Assembly: GCA_963693365.1 (NCBI GenBank)
Contig: CAVNZM010000013.1
Location: 317,259-381,258, forward strand
Reading direction: 5' to 3'
DNA length: 64,000 nt
From: Amoebidium appalachense
Lineage: Eukaryota > Protista > Ichthyosporea
The notes below the pieces were generated by a model, which did no database searches, had not been told where the DNA came from, and was given only the letters and a program-made list of their open reading frames with translations. Positions within the stretch are counted from its first letter, which is position 1. Every line of letters begins with the position of its first letter. Positions 11,501 through 24,066 of the stretch are shown piece by piece. Both the position numbers and the translations under genes were made by a program.

Positions 11501-14500
11501 CTCCAAGGATACCCGTGCTTTTTGCCTCTCCCAGGGCATCAAGGCCAGCTATGCTCCGGTGGACTGCCCTCAACTGAACGGCTATGTTGAACGACGTATG
11601 CGGTTCCTCCAAGAGATTGTCCGTTGCCTCCTCCATCAAGTCCAAGATCAGTCTCTGTCTCCCAAACTGTGGGCTGAGGCCCTCCAACATGCCGCCTACA
11701 TCATCAACGTCACCCCGTCCACGACTGCCAATGGTCGTACACCATTCGAGGTTTTCTACGGTGTCAAGCCCGACATCTCCGAGCTCAAAGTGTTCGGTTG
11801 CCCTGCCTACACTCACGTGCCAGCCTCTAAACGGAACAAGCTGGCCCCCACCGTCAAACTCGGCATGTATATCGGCTATGATCTTCAATCACACTGCCAC
11901 CGGATCTTCAATGCCACCACCCATCGTGTCGGCCTCTTCCGTGATGTGATTTTCGACGAATCAGCTTATCTCCCGTCCGACATTCCATCAACCCTTCCGA
12001 CCCCCGACACCACTGCTACCTCGACCACCCCACCCCCCACAGTTGACACTGAAGATGATGTTTGTCTGGTGTACTCTGGCCCCCCTCCTGCCATCGTCGT
12101 TCCCCCGACACCCCCCCCCCCACCGGCCCCCCTGCCCCCGTGCCCGTCCAGCCTGCCGACCCTCATCCTGGCCCTGGCAACGTCACACCCATCCGACCCG
12201 GCTCCCCCGACAACTTCCACTCGGCCCCGTCCAGCCCGGAGGTTGCCCCCCCTGCACTTCCGAACTTCCAAGTTCCCCCCCCACCGTCTCCACCTACCCC
12301 GGTTCCTGCACCCCGTCGTTCTGCCCGTCTCCAGGGCAAGGTTGGACTTCAAGCCACCATCACCCTGCCAGTCCCCCCCGGTCCCCCCATCAACATCGAC
12401 CAACTACCCAAACTTGTCCGTCAACTCTGTTCCGGACCCAATGGTGATCAGGTCAAGTCAGCCCTGACTGCTGAGTATCAAGCCTTCGTCGACAAAGACA
12501 TCTTTGAACTTGTTGACCCTCCCCCTGGTGCTAACATCGTCGGCTTCAAGTGGATTGTCTCCGAGAAAACTCTCAACTCGGCTGGTGACACCAAGATCAA
12601 GGCACGTGGTGTTGCTCAAGGCTTCAGTCAGCAATACGGTGTTGACTATGAGTTGATTGAGAGCCCTGTCATCCGTCCGGCTGCTCTCCGTGCCATCCTA
12701 GCTCTGGCCGTTGTTGAAGGTCATGACATACATCAACTCGACGTGTCTACGGCCTTTCTCAACAGCCCACTCACCGAGACCATCTACATGAAACAACCCC
12801 CGGGATTCATCACCATGGCCACACTTGGCAAGGTCTGGAGACTCAAGAAAGCCCTGTACGGCCTCAAGCAAGCCTCCAAGGCTTGGTACGACTTCCTCGA
12901 CGGCATTCTTCTTGCCCATGGCCTGACCCGTACTAAGACCGACCCGTGCATCTACCTCCGGTTCTTCCCCAACAACGATGTGGTACGGGCTGGTAACTAC
13001 GTCGATGACTCCACCATCACCAACACCCGGGGTTCTACTGCTGCCAGTGACCTGGCTGCCCACATCAGCAAGATGGCCAGCTGTCGTATGAGTCCATTTG
13101 ACCGTATGCTCGGTGTTGATTTTAATCACTCTGATCCCCATCACCTCCACATGCACCAGAGGTCTTACATCATGGATATCATCCACGACTTCAACCTCAC
13201 CGATGCCAAGTCCAAGTCTACCCCCATCCCTGCAGGCACCACCGTCTCCCTGGCTGATTGCCCCCCCCCAACCGTTCACCGTGCCCTACCGTGAGTTACT
13301 CGGCCGTCTCCTCTGGGTGGCACGGTGCACACGTCCCGACATTGCCTATGCCATCGGCTTCCTTGGTCGGTTCAGCACCAACCCCGGCAAGACTCACTGG
13401 GACCTTCTCCGTCGTGTGGCCCGGTACCTGCTCGGCACCATTGACCTTGGCATTGACTACAAGTACTCGGCCACCCAGTCCCCCATACTCGAATGCTACA
13501 CGGATGCTGACTTTGCTGGTTGTGCCGACAGCAAGAAGTCTACCACCGGCTACATTATCGTGTTTGCTGGTATGCCCGTCATCTGGTACTCCAAGCTCCA
13601 GCCCATCACGGCCACCAGCACCACTGAAGCTGAGCTGATTGCTCTCAATGCTGGCACCCAAGAAGTTGCTTGGGTCCGTGACCTCTTCAAGGAACTCGGC
13701 TGTCCCATGCTTGCTCCGACTCCGGTGTACTGTGACAACCAGTCGACCATTGCCATCGTCAACTCCACCGGCATCAAGCACCGTACCAAACACATTGCCG
13801 TCCGGTATCACAACACCAAGGACTACATTGCCAGTGGGGACGTGGTTGTCCACTACGTTGAGTCAGCCCACAACTTAGCTGACATACTCACCAAACCCCT
13901 CCCCGGCCCGAGTCATGTCCACCATCGTGCTCGACTTTGTTTACCGGATATTGTGGATTGACCCGACCTACTTCAAGAGTGATTTTCTCATGTGTACTAC
14001 TTACTTTATCAACATCATTATATCATATGTATTGCCTTTGTGGGTATGCCCACTTAGGGTTTATATATAAGGTTTGACCTGTACCATCACTCTACTCTAT
14101 CTTTCACTGGTTTAAAACCCAGTTAATCAAACACCGCCTATACACGTTATATATATTCGTTGTTTTTGCCCCGGTTCCTTCCCCCCCTCCCCCCTTCCCC
14201 CCCCCTTCCCCCCCCCCCTTCCCCCCCCCCCCCCCTCCCCCCCCTTCCCCTCCCCCCCCCCCCCCCCCGGGAAAAGTACACACTTTAATTATTTTTTTTT
14301 CCGTTTCTGTTCTCAAGTGGGGAGATTTCACTAGTTCAGTGGGGATATGATAACACAAACTTCAAAGTCTTAAGTGGGGATGTTGTAATACGTAGTATTT
14401 ACATATGGTAAGATCTTCTCAGTTTGTGTTATGTTTCAGTTCATATGCTTAGTGTAAATGCCACACTCCTATTATGTAAAGTGTAGCATCGATCTCCGAT

Positions 14501-15305
14501 ATGCTTGTATACTTGTAATCGTGTTGTATCGGCTTTAATCGTGTATTGTAATATCGATTAGAATATTTATATGTGTGTACACGGATCCACCCACTCAGGG
14601 AGAGACGTGTACATGTTCGTGTGTACATAAATATCTCTGGTTATAGTTATGCTATTACTATCTTGTTTGTTGATCTGTGCTCTCTTTTCCTTCCTCTTTC
14701 TCCTTCCTTATTTTCTTTTCTTTCTCTCCTTGTCTTCATGTGTATAATCGTATTTCTTTTCTACTAATATATGTTAGGTAGATTTGTGTTACTTAATACG
14801 TGTTCATTGGACGGTAACACACTTAGGCTACACTTAGAATAGCATGTGTGTTTAGACTTCATTAATTCACTTTAGTTTTCATGTGTTGCCGGGCTTTAAC
14901 CAATCATCAAGGTTAAGTGTGATATGTCTGAGTCTTTGCAGTATGTCATAGGTTAGAACTTCCTTGATGATGACACGAGTTGATCCTAACTAGTGTCTGT
15001 GTCCTATCGTGTACGCCTCCGCGTACCGGATCTCTCTGAAAGCAATTGGTTCTTAGTGATTGGTTTCTATTAGAGATGGATCTGATTTCCGACTGGTCGG
15101 AAATCATGTATGGATTGGACTTAGAGGAATTTCAGGTATTTATTCGAAGATCAGAATAAATTCAGTTCAGTCGTGTCTAAACATTGATGTCTGTTGTGTA
15201 CACTGCTCCGATCGTTCCGTGTTTTGTTGTTGTGTGTGTCTGTGGTGTTTTCACACTGCACCACTGTGTCTCTGCTTACATCCCAAATACTTATAGAATT
15301 TAACA
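8565..15305 (+). mobile_element. Ty1/copia element family B, full length and young
   Basis: Two 925-bp LTRs (8565-9489 and 14381-15305, TGTTG...TAACA) with no differences seen by eye; PBS GGTTATGCAGCCC at 9490; PPT AAGTGGGGA; domain order gag-PR-INT-RT-RH. Confidence 0.95.
9552..13961 (+). CDS. copia-B Gag-Pol polyprotein (two apparent frameshifts in poly-C runs)
   Basis: Knuckle CSYCHEPDHTIIDC, AWDSGC, integrase, RT motifs KARGVAQGF, QLDVSTAFLN, LKKALYGLKQA, YVDD, RNaseH YTDADFA, TEAEL, CDNQS, RTKHI, ADILTK. Breaks near 12110 and 13261 both lie in C homopolymers and may be sequencing errors. Confidence 0.9.
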
Positions 15306-15627
15306 TTCTTATATAGCCCCCAGGTTTCGGATCAAGGCCCAGGATTGGTTCATCCGCGACCAGCGCGGGTGGCAACATGCCATTCGTGATTCTGGTGCGG
15401 TCCGAGCCAGTCAGACCTTCGTCCTATTTATGCAAACATCTTATTGGTCCACTTCGTTTATGTGGTATGCAGCGGTAGAACCATATATGGTTCACTTTTT
15501 AGGTAAGATTGATTCCTATTGGTGCGGACATAATATTTATGTGATATTCGTGACAAAGCACGAATCGTGTGCTAGTACATCACATTCTTTAGTAAACATG
15601 TACAGTTCATGTGTACAGTTGTTTACA

Positions 15628-17556
15628 CCCCCTCCACCCTCGAGCCCGATGATGACATTTCCCTCATCGAGCCTGATCCCGTTCCTGTTGCCCTTGCCCC
15701 ACCGACACCCCCCCCCCACCGGCCCCCCTGCCCCCGTTCAGCTTCTCCCCGATGCCAACAACCATGCTCCCGGCAACGTCACCCCCATCCGTCCGGGCTC
15801 CCCCGACACTTTCCACTCAGCCCCAGCCAGCCCCGAGGCCCCAGCCCCGGCCGTCCCTGGTTTCCACGTTCCCCCCCCTCCGGCTCCGGCCCTAACCGTG
15901 CCTCCCCCCCGTCGTTCAGCTCGACTGCAAGCCAAGCTCAGCCTCCAGGCTTCCATCCTCCTGCCCGTCCTCAACCCTCCCACCATCAACATTGACCAGC
16001 TGCCCAAACCCCTCCGTCAACTGTGCTCCGGCCCCAACGGAGACAAGGTGCAGGCTGCTATGACTACTGAGTACCAAGCCTTCGTCGACAAAGGCATTTT
16101 TGACCTTGTCGACCCCCCCCCCGGTGCCAACATCGTCGGTTTCAAGTGGATCGTCTCTGAGAAAACCCTCAACTCAGCTGGTGACACCAAGATCAAGGCC
16201 CGTGGTGTTGCTCAAGGCTTCAGTCAGGAGTTCGGTGTTGACTATGAGTTGACTGAGAGCCCCGTCATCCGTCCAGCTGCTCTCCGTGCCCTCCTGGCAC
16301 TTGCCGTCGTTCAAGGCCATGACATTCATCAACTCGACGTGTCCACGGCCTTCCTTAACAGCCCACTCACCGAGACCATCTACATGAAACAGCTCCCCGG
16401 GTTCATCACCACGGCTACCTTCGGCAAGGTGTGGTGCCTCAAGAAAGCTCTCTACGGTCTGAAGCAAGCCTCCAAGGCCTGGTATGACTTCCTCGACGGC
16501 ATTCTCTTGGCCCACGGTCTCCTCAAAACCAAGACCGACCCGTGCATCTACCTCCGGTTCTTCCCCAACCAGGATGTTGTCCGTGCTGGCAACTATGTGG
16601 ATGACTCCACCATCACCAACACCCGTGGTTCTGATGCTGCCCGTGACCTGGCTGCTCACATCGGCAAGATGGCCAGCTGCCGTATGAGCCCGTTCGATCG
16701 TATGCTCGGTGTTGATTTTCACCATTCCGGCCCCCACCACCTTCACATGCACCAGAAGTCCTACATCATGGACATCATCCATGACTTCAATCTCACCGAT
16801 GCCAAGTCTAAGGCTACCCCGATCCCTGCCGGCACCAAAGTATCTCTGGCTGACTGCCCCCCTCAACCGTTCATCGTTCCCTACCGTGAGCTCCTCGGCC
16901 GTCTTCTGTGGGTTGCACGGTGCACCCGGCCCGACATTGCCTATGCCATCGGTTTCCTCGGCCGATTTAGCAGTAACCCTGGCAAAGCTCATTGGGACCT
17001 CCTCCGTCGTGTGGCCCGGTACCTTCTCGGCACCATCGATCTAGGTGTTGAGTACAAGTACACGGCCAACCAGGACCCCATCCTTGTGTGCTACACCGAT
17101 GCTGACTTTGCTGGTTGTATCGACAGCAAGAAGTCTACCACAGGCTTTGTCGTCACCTTTGCTGATATGCCTATCGTACGGTACTCCAAACTTCAACCCA
17201 TCACGGCCACCAGCACCACAGAGGCTGATTTGATAGCTCTCAATGCCGGCACCCAGGAGGTTGTGTGGCTCCGTGACCTCTTCAAGGAGCTCGGTTATCC
17301 GATGGCTGCCCCCACCCCGGTGTACTGTGACAACCAATCCACCATTGCCATCGTCCACTCTACCGGTATCAAACACCGTACGAAACACATTGCAGTCCGT
17401 TACCACAACACCAAGGATTACATTGCCAGTGGGGACGTGGTGGTTAACTACGTTGAGTCTGCCAACAACTTGGCTGACATCCTTACCAAGTCACTGCCGG
17501 GTCCCAGCCATGTCACTCACCGTGATCGACTCTGTGTGCCCGACCTTGTGCAGTGA
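15628..17556 (+). pseudogene. copia-A RT-RNaseH (3' half of polyprotein)
   Basis: Open frame with the same RT/RNaseH motifs as copia-B; resumes after the CCCCC TSD. Confidence 0.9.
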
Positions 17557-17891
17557 TCATCGTGTGGTCTTCTACTACACCTGGGGCCCTGGACAGCAGC
17601 TTCCTCTACACTGCTTCCCAGTTGGAACGTCTACTACTACGATTCTGTATATGTATTTTTTTTTTTTTTTTGCCTTAAGTGGGGTTTGCCCACTTTAAGG
17701 GTTCATCGATTAGCACAACACATATACACCTGAGGCTAGCCACCTTTGCGAATACTGGCCGACTCCCAGATCCACTGAGTCACAACACATAGGTTACTGT
17801 TTCCACGGCTGGCTCCCGTTAATATATATATTATACCTTCACCTGCATATTTTATTTTCTTCCTTGGTTGTTTTCCTTCCTTTGCTGTTGT

Positions 17892-17934
<43 letters not shown>

Positions 17935-18069
17935 GCCCCATCCTTTAGTTTTTATTTCTTTTTATTTATTTTTCACTTTCCGTTTCCGTTCTCCGTTCTC
18001 AAGTGGGGAGTTTTTAGAGATTCAGTGGGGATATATGTGAGAACACAAACTTCAAGTCTTAAGTGGGGA

Positions 18070-18599
18070 TGTTGAAGTACGTAGTTTGTACATGTGTAAG
18101 ATCTTTCAGTTTGTGTTTATGATTCAGTTCATAGCATTAATGTAAAAGTCACTCTCCTTGTTCGTAAAATTGTTAATCGATCTCAAATATGTTTTCGTGT
18201 CCGTAATCGTGTCATATTGGCTCTAATCGTGTGTTGATCTAAAGATTAGAATATAGATATGTGCCTGCACGAATCCACTCAGTAGGAGTGCTCGTGCACA
18301 TGTTTGTGTGTACATGAATATCTTATGTTGTAACTGTGCTAACGTGTTCATGTTTGTTGTTCTGTGTTCTTCTCTTTTTCTCTCTTCTCTTCTTCTCTTT
18401 CCTTTCCTCCTTTTCCCTGGTGTTCATGTGTGTGATCACTTTTCTTTCTCACTAATATACGTTGAGTCAATTCGTGTGAAGTAGATGTGTTTTGATTGGA
18501 AGAAAAACACATAGATAGGCTACACCATGTACTATTTTATGTGTCAATAGTTTATTCAACTATGTTTGTTTTGCGAATCCTTACGTTTGAATACATAGG
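18070..18599 (+). repeat. copia-A 3' LTR, left part
   Basis: Starts TGTTG after the PPT; colinear similarity with the first ~500 bp of the copia-B LTR. Confidence 0.8.
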
Positions 18600-20814
18600 C
18601 GGGTCCGGACATCTGTGTGATTGGCTGGCGGCTAAAGACCAATTTCCAGAGTGGGGGTAAATGGTTTTGATTGATGTGGGCGCAGGATGTATCTCTTTAG
18701 CGCTCCATAACTAGGAAACAAATGAAGGGAAAACACTCACAGAAAGTGTTTGTCTTCACCTGTGTGTCCTCTTTATATATACCAACAGCATTCCTGCACT
18801 AGCCAATAAAAGCAAACGGTAAGAGTATATACTGATATATAGCCACTTAGCGCTACAAGCGGCTTAGCCGCACCGCGGCGCCCAGCGCTTGCAGTACTTA
18901 AGTAGTGTTCAACTAAAGGTACTAACTATGTTCAAAACTTAGTAAATATAATAAAAAAATGTTTTATTGAAAAATAGTGTATTAAAGTTAGCTTTCTATA
19001 GGTATTACAGCGCTTTTAACAAGTTCTTGTTTTCCGCCTTCCGCGCGGGATCATCGGGTACAATTCTGGTTTTGCCCCCCTAGGCTAGGTGGCTTGTCCC
19101 TTCACTAAGTAAACTTAGTGAAGCTACGATCTATCCATATGAAAAACTTTACGAAATGTGAGTGAAGTAAAAGATTCTGGAATCGATTGATTGGTTTTCG
19201 CTTGAGCGCAGCAGACGACCGATTTCTTTTGCTTGGCTTGCTAGCCAATCAGACTGGCTCTCAAACTAGTGTTTCGCCGGCTGCCTGACAGCTTCTGATA
19301 GCCGCGTACCTCAGTGACGGCTGTGTCAGTCGGAGTCTCAGTTTGAACGTTGACGTGGATGGACGTATAGCAAGAGATAAAGATAACCCGAACTTGGCGC
19401 AGACGCGTAATAGGCGAGACCTCGAAAGTATACGTGGCTTAGAATATATTTTTGTGTTTAGTTGGCTCTTTTTCTTGCCGCTGTGCAATAATCGCAAGCA
19501 TGCAACCGCACGTGTGCGCTGAGCACCCAAGTGCCTTGGGGCCTCTTGCCGGCGTACTCAGGCACGAACCGAGAACTCTTGCAGGTAGCTAAAGCCAGCA
19601 ATGATCCATACTAGCAGTTAATATTTCAAGCAATCTTGCTCACGTTCATGGCCGAGACCACAAGGATGGGCAAAGGGCAGCTCAGGGGTGGGTGGAAAGG
19701 AGACTGAGACGGAGGGGGGGAGAAGGGGAGGGTGGAAAGGAGACTCTAATGGAGGGGGAGGGGAGGGGAGGGTGGAAAGGACACTCTAACGGAGGGGGGG
19801 GAGGGGGGGGGGGGGGGTGGAAAGGACACTCTAACCGAGGCGGGGGATAGTTGCAGTGTTTTTGTGTGTGCATTCACATAGAGGGGAGGTGGGCGGCACA
19901 TAGTTTCTCTTGATCTTGCCGAACACAAGTGTCCTGACAGGGGTGTACGTGCAGAGAATGGAGGGTGGGAGGGGGGGAAAGGGGTCCAACCCCCCTCCCC
20001 CCCCCCCCCCCCCCTCCCCCTTTCCCCCAACAAACATACTCACTCATTTCACACCGTTTCACACCTGTGCCGGCACTACCCAGAGCTAACAGCTTCCACC
20101 TGCTGCCATATGTTTCCTGGGGAACCTCTACACACATGCGCGCACGTGTCCACACACATACACACACCCAATGATACCCACTCACTCAAACACAGACACA
20201 CACGCGCGTGCGTGCGGGCGCGCACATGCGTGCACGGCCATGAATAGCACACACCTAATATAGGAGGCACTCACACACATACACACGCACGCCCGCACGC
20301 ATGCGCGCACACACGCCAACATGCACACACGGACACACGCACACACACAAACACACACACACACACGCGCGCGCGCGCCCCTGCACCCACAGTTCTGCAC
20401 ACACGCACACCGTTGCACACACTCGATCACACACCATCTCACACACACACGCACATGCACACACCGTAAACGTTCTCATCCTCTCTTTCAGCTTACCATC
20501 CTTGCCCTGTCACCCTGCTCTCCACACCCCCGCCAGCCCATCCTCCCCACATCCCCCCTTTTATTCCACTGGCAAGACGAGTTAAGAGAGGTGAGAAGGG
20601 AATACACTTCCTTTCTTGTGCTTGTAAAGTTATTGTGTAAAAAAAGGGGGGGGAGGGCACCCCCGAGGGGGGGAAGCAAGGACCGTGGTCGGATTTGGGG
20701 ATATGGTTGGTAGTACTATAGCCTAGTGGTATGTGCGTGTCGGAAGGGAAGGGGGAAAAGGGAGGGAGGTGAAGGCCAGTGTTCACCAGAGCCCTCGGAG
20801 TTAGGGGGAAGAGG

Positions 20815-20845
<31 letters not shown>

Positions 20846-21868
20846 AGCTGGAGTCGGTCAGATCGGTGTTAGGAGAACGACAGCAGAGAACGTGACGAGA
20901 AGAAGAAAGGGGTACCAACAGGGGAAAGAAAAAAGGGCACAAAGGTGGGAAGGAAGAGGGGAGGGGGGGGGGGGGGGGGGGCTTGGGGAAAGTGGTGCAG
21001 TGTGGGTGGACGTACTGAGTGTGTGGTTGGAGTAGCAAAAAAACGTTCTGTTGTAGGGCTTCAACCGGGGATGAGGGGGAGCAGGGGGGAGCCTACATGG
21101 GGATAGAAAGGGAGGGTGATGGGGGAGAGGGGAACATAGAGGCCCGGGGAGGTGTTCTGTGGAAAGGGAGTGAGGGGGAGAGAGAGGGGGGGGGGGGGGG
21201 GGAGGGAGGTAGGGCACGAAGCAGAATTCGAAGCGCTCACGACCATGCCAAGGAAGGCATGGGAAACAGGATGTTACTCCACGTTGAATCACGCGAAAGT
21301 CCTTTATATTAAAAGCTTTATGAAAAGTTAGGCTTTAACTTGGCTGCTCGAACAAAGTGTGCTTGCATGTGTGCCCTTGCACGTTTGCACACCTCAACCA
21401 AAACAGAGGCAGGCCAGCTCGCGCACTATTAGGAGCCGATGCAGGCGCAGAAGATAGCACAATAGTATTATGTATATGTATAATATCACTAGAACCATAA
21501 TGCTATCTCTAACAGTATGTTTGTAACGGAGGTAAGAACGGTCGCTATAGCTATCATCGGCAACGTACGTTGACTCTTCCTAAGTTCGAAGTCGGAAGGC
21601 CCTCTCATGACATGCGAAACGAGCTGGCCGATGGGGCGCCTAACACGCGACATGATTAGAAGCCAATCGCACTACTCGTCTGGCTCGCCGGGTGCGCTGA
21701 CACCAAATTATTCAACAAGCGCTATTGGACAATATACCTACGATCGATTTACTCTATATTATAAATCTGATCACTTGTCCGGCCCCGCCTATGTATTCAA
21801 ACGCGAGGTGCCGCGGTCTAACCAATCACTAGACTAGTCATAACGTGTCCCTGCCGTTAACCTCAATA
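18600..21868. mobile_element. Unclassified 3.3-kb insertion inside the copia-A 3' LTR
   Basis: LTR similarity stops near 18599 and resumes near 21874; ATAGG on both sides (18595-18599, 21869-21873); no long ORF, LTR or clear TIR. Confidence 0.55.
19690..19845. repeat. ~40-bp G-rich minisatellite (core GGGTGGAAAGGA[GC]ACT)
   Basis: About four imperfect tandem units visible. Confidence 0.8.
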
Positions 21869-21873
21869 ATAGG

Positions 21874-22235
21874 TTAGAAATTAGTGTCAAGGTTTACAGT
21901 TTCTTTGTGACTGTGTTCTTATGCCTTGCCGTGATCTATTGCGAGTGTTGGATCTATTGCTGTAGTGATCAGTCCATTATGATTGGTCTATCCGATATCT
22001 ATTCTGATTTCCGACTGGTCGGAAATCATACATAGGTTTGACTTAGTGATTGCAGTTATATAAGCACATCTCAAAATAAATTCAGTTCAGTTGTGTCTAA
22101 ACATTGATGTCTGTTCTGTACACTTCTCCGATCGGTTCCGTCTAGTGTGTTTGTCTGTGTGTCTGTGGTGTTTTTACACTGCACCACTGTGTCTCTGCTT
22201 CCCCGACATAGTCAGAATACTTATATAATTTTTCA
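21874..22235 (+). repeat. copia-A 3' LTR, right part (R/U5)
   Basis: TGATTTCCGACTGGTCGGAAATCA hairpin, AATAAA and U5 box shared with the copia-B LTR; ends TTTTTCA like 2712. Confidence 0.85.
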
Positions 22236-22397
22236 CTCACTCACTCACTCATCACTCACTCACAATCCCGGCTGGGGCTGTGGGTTGAGAACTGCGAAGC
22301 TTCGCTATGCTCGCTTCTCCGTTGACTCACAAATCCCGGCTGGGGCTGTGGGATGAGAACTGCGAAGCTTCGCTATTCTTGTCGCTTCTCCGTTGAT
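22236..22397. repeat. (CTCA)n followed by two ~70-bp tandem units
   Basis: Unit AATCCCGGCTGGGGCTGTGGG..GAGAACTGCGAAGCTTCGCTA..TCGCTTCTCCGTTGA occurs twice. Confidence 0.85.
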
Positions 22398-24066
22398 TAC
22401 ATTTACATAGCCGTGGCGGCGGCTAGCCATTTGTATGTAATGGAGGTTTACACACTTTTTATTGCGTTTAGGGGTTAGATTGATGCCAGGAGGCGGCTCG
22501 GGGGTCCACTCTGGGGCTGTTTTGATACCAAGGGGGGAGCCAGGATACAGACAAAGAAAATATCCGAACAGTCCTTTTTTTTCTTCAAATTGTTGCCCTC
22601 CCTCCAACACCGGCACACACGCACACAGCACCTTCCAGAATATTCTCGTCTCGCTTCGACGTTGAGCCAAAGCTCGGCAGAGCGTGGCATTACTAGTGAA
22701 AGCAAAGGGAAGGATCCGGAAGCTTGAACCAACCAACCGTACGCGCATACATGCAAAAAGGTTGCAATGTGTACCAATCAGATTTGTTGGCGCCAAACCG
22801 CTCCTACCCTCCTAGGAGGATTTAGACTTGAGCACGGATGGTCTGCAGGCTGTACGTTCGAAGGGTCGGGATGTCGGAACTTCTGTCGCTACGGTAATAT
22901 TAGAGCCGTGCACGTGCCGCCGACTCGGTACAAAAGCAACTACATAATATACATGCGGTCTCACAGTCAGCGAGCAGGTGTGTGTGTGCTTTTGTGCACG
23001 TGTGTGTGTGGCGTGTGTGCACGCGCGTGTGTGGGTGTGGGTGTATGTGTGTGGGTATACGTCACGGTATGTGTGTGTGTTGTACGTGTGTGTGTGTGTG
23101 TGTGTGTGTGTGTTTCTGTGTATGTAAGCTGTGTATGTGTGTGTGTAGTGTCGCGCGCACGCGTGCGCGTGTGTGTGTGTGTATCTAGATCTCTAGGAGA
23201 AACGTGGGTCACTGAGTGAACGGTTGAAGTTGAAGTTATACTTTGGCTGTGGAGGCAGGCGCATGGATTCTCGCGCGGAAGAAAAACGTAAAAAAGGGAA
23301 CGGGAGGTAGGAAGGGGAAAGAAGAAAAGAAATCGATGGAAGGAAAGAAAGAGATGGAAGATCGCCTGCATCATGATGCCTTCTATGAAAACTACTCCGG
23401 GACGTGTGTTGCCTCTAGGGGGACATCCCCTTGGACGAAAGTGAACCTGCAATGGTTGTAAACCACGGCAAGCCCCCAGTCATCAATTTATTGATCCGTG
23501 AGGTCCATGTGCCCAAAAAACGGGGGAAGTCTTCGCCCCGTGAAAAAACAGCACGTATGTGTGGATCAATGGGGGTTGTGTGTGGGTGTAGGTGGGTGGG
23601 TGAAAAGGAATATATAGCTGTAAGGCTGTGGATGCTAAACACAGAAGATGTGTTTGTAGCTTGCTGATCTGCTAAAAACTGTCGTGCTTATATACCTAAG
23701 CCTACCGATCTGAGCCAATCAAAAATCGATCTAGTGATATGTGAAATCTGATCCGAGCCAATCATAACTCGGTCTAGTGATCTGTGGTATCTGATGTTTT
23801 GACTGGCTAATAGGTGCCCGTGTGCGGGCAGCCAACCGCTAACTGCTAAAACACGAAATGAAGCCTAAATGGTTATGTTGGTATCGAACACCCATCCTAC
23901 GTGTTTACCCAGAAAAATATTTATGTCAATAATTTCCACAAATAAAACCTCTATGAAAACTACTCCGGGACGTGTGTTGCCTCTAGGGGGACATCCCCTT
24001 GGACGAAAGTGAACCTGCAATGGTTGTAAACCACGGCACGAGAGCAGTATGCTTGCTCCAAAGGTT

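Larger units (their letters stand above)
5256..15627 (-). mobile_element. Non-autonomous Ty3/gypsy derivative inserted in copia-A
   Basis: LTR 5256-5735 and LTR remnant 15306-15627 (near-identical, TGTAAACA...TGTTTACA ends like the intact gypsy); 5-bp TSD CCCCC at 5251-5255 and 15628-15632; PPT at about 5736-5750; decayed pol homology (KVLLTNTSDHHVYLGPGTEV near 7020-7090). Confidence 0.85.
2662..22235 (+). mobile_element. Ty1/copia element family A, split by nested insertions
   Basis: 5' LTR remnant 2662-2712, PBS GGTTATG at 2713, gag-pro-int 2787-5255, RT-RNaseH 15628-17556, PPT AAGTGGGGA, 3' LTR 18070-22235 (split); the LTR end at 22190-22235 matches 2665-2712. Confidence 0.9.

Noticed and set aside
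15430-17556. 708-aa ORF as a novel fusion gene
   Set aside because: The N-terminal ~66 aa are antisense gypsy LTR sequence that happens to be in frame with the copia-A RT.
2787-17556. CCGT enrichment in copia coding strands
   Set aside because: Modest outside the RS tracts and explicable by C-ending codons followed by CGT/GTN codons.
19895-19935. Minus-strand peptide TLVFGKIKRNY resembling a Tc1/IS630 transposase motif
   Set aside because: Too short; no upstream DDE motifs or TIRs.
22629-22930. Upstream exon of the RZ-finger gene
   Set aside because: Acceptor-like site present, but the frames I read contain stops and no homology was recognised.
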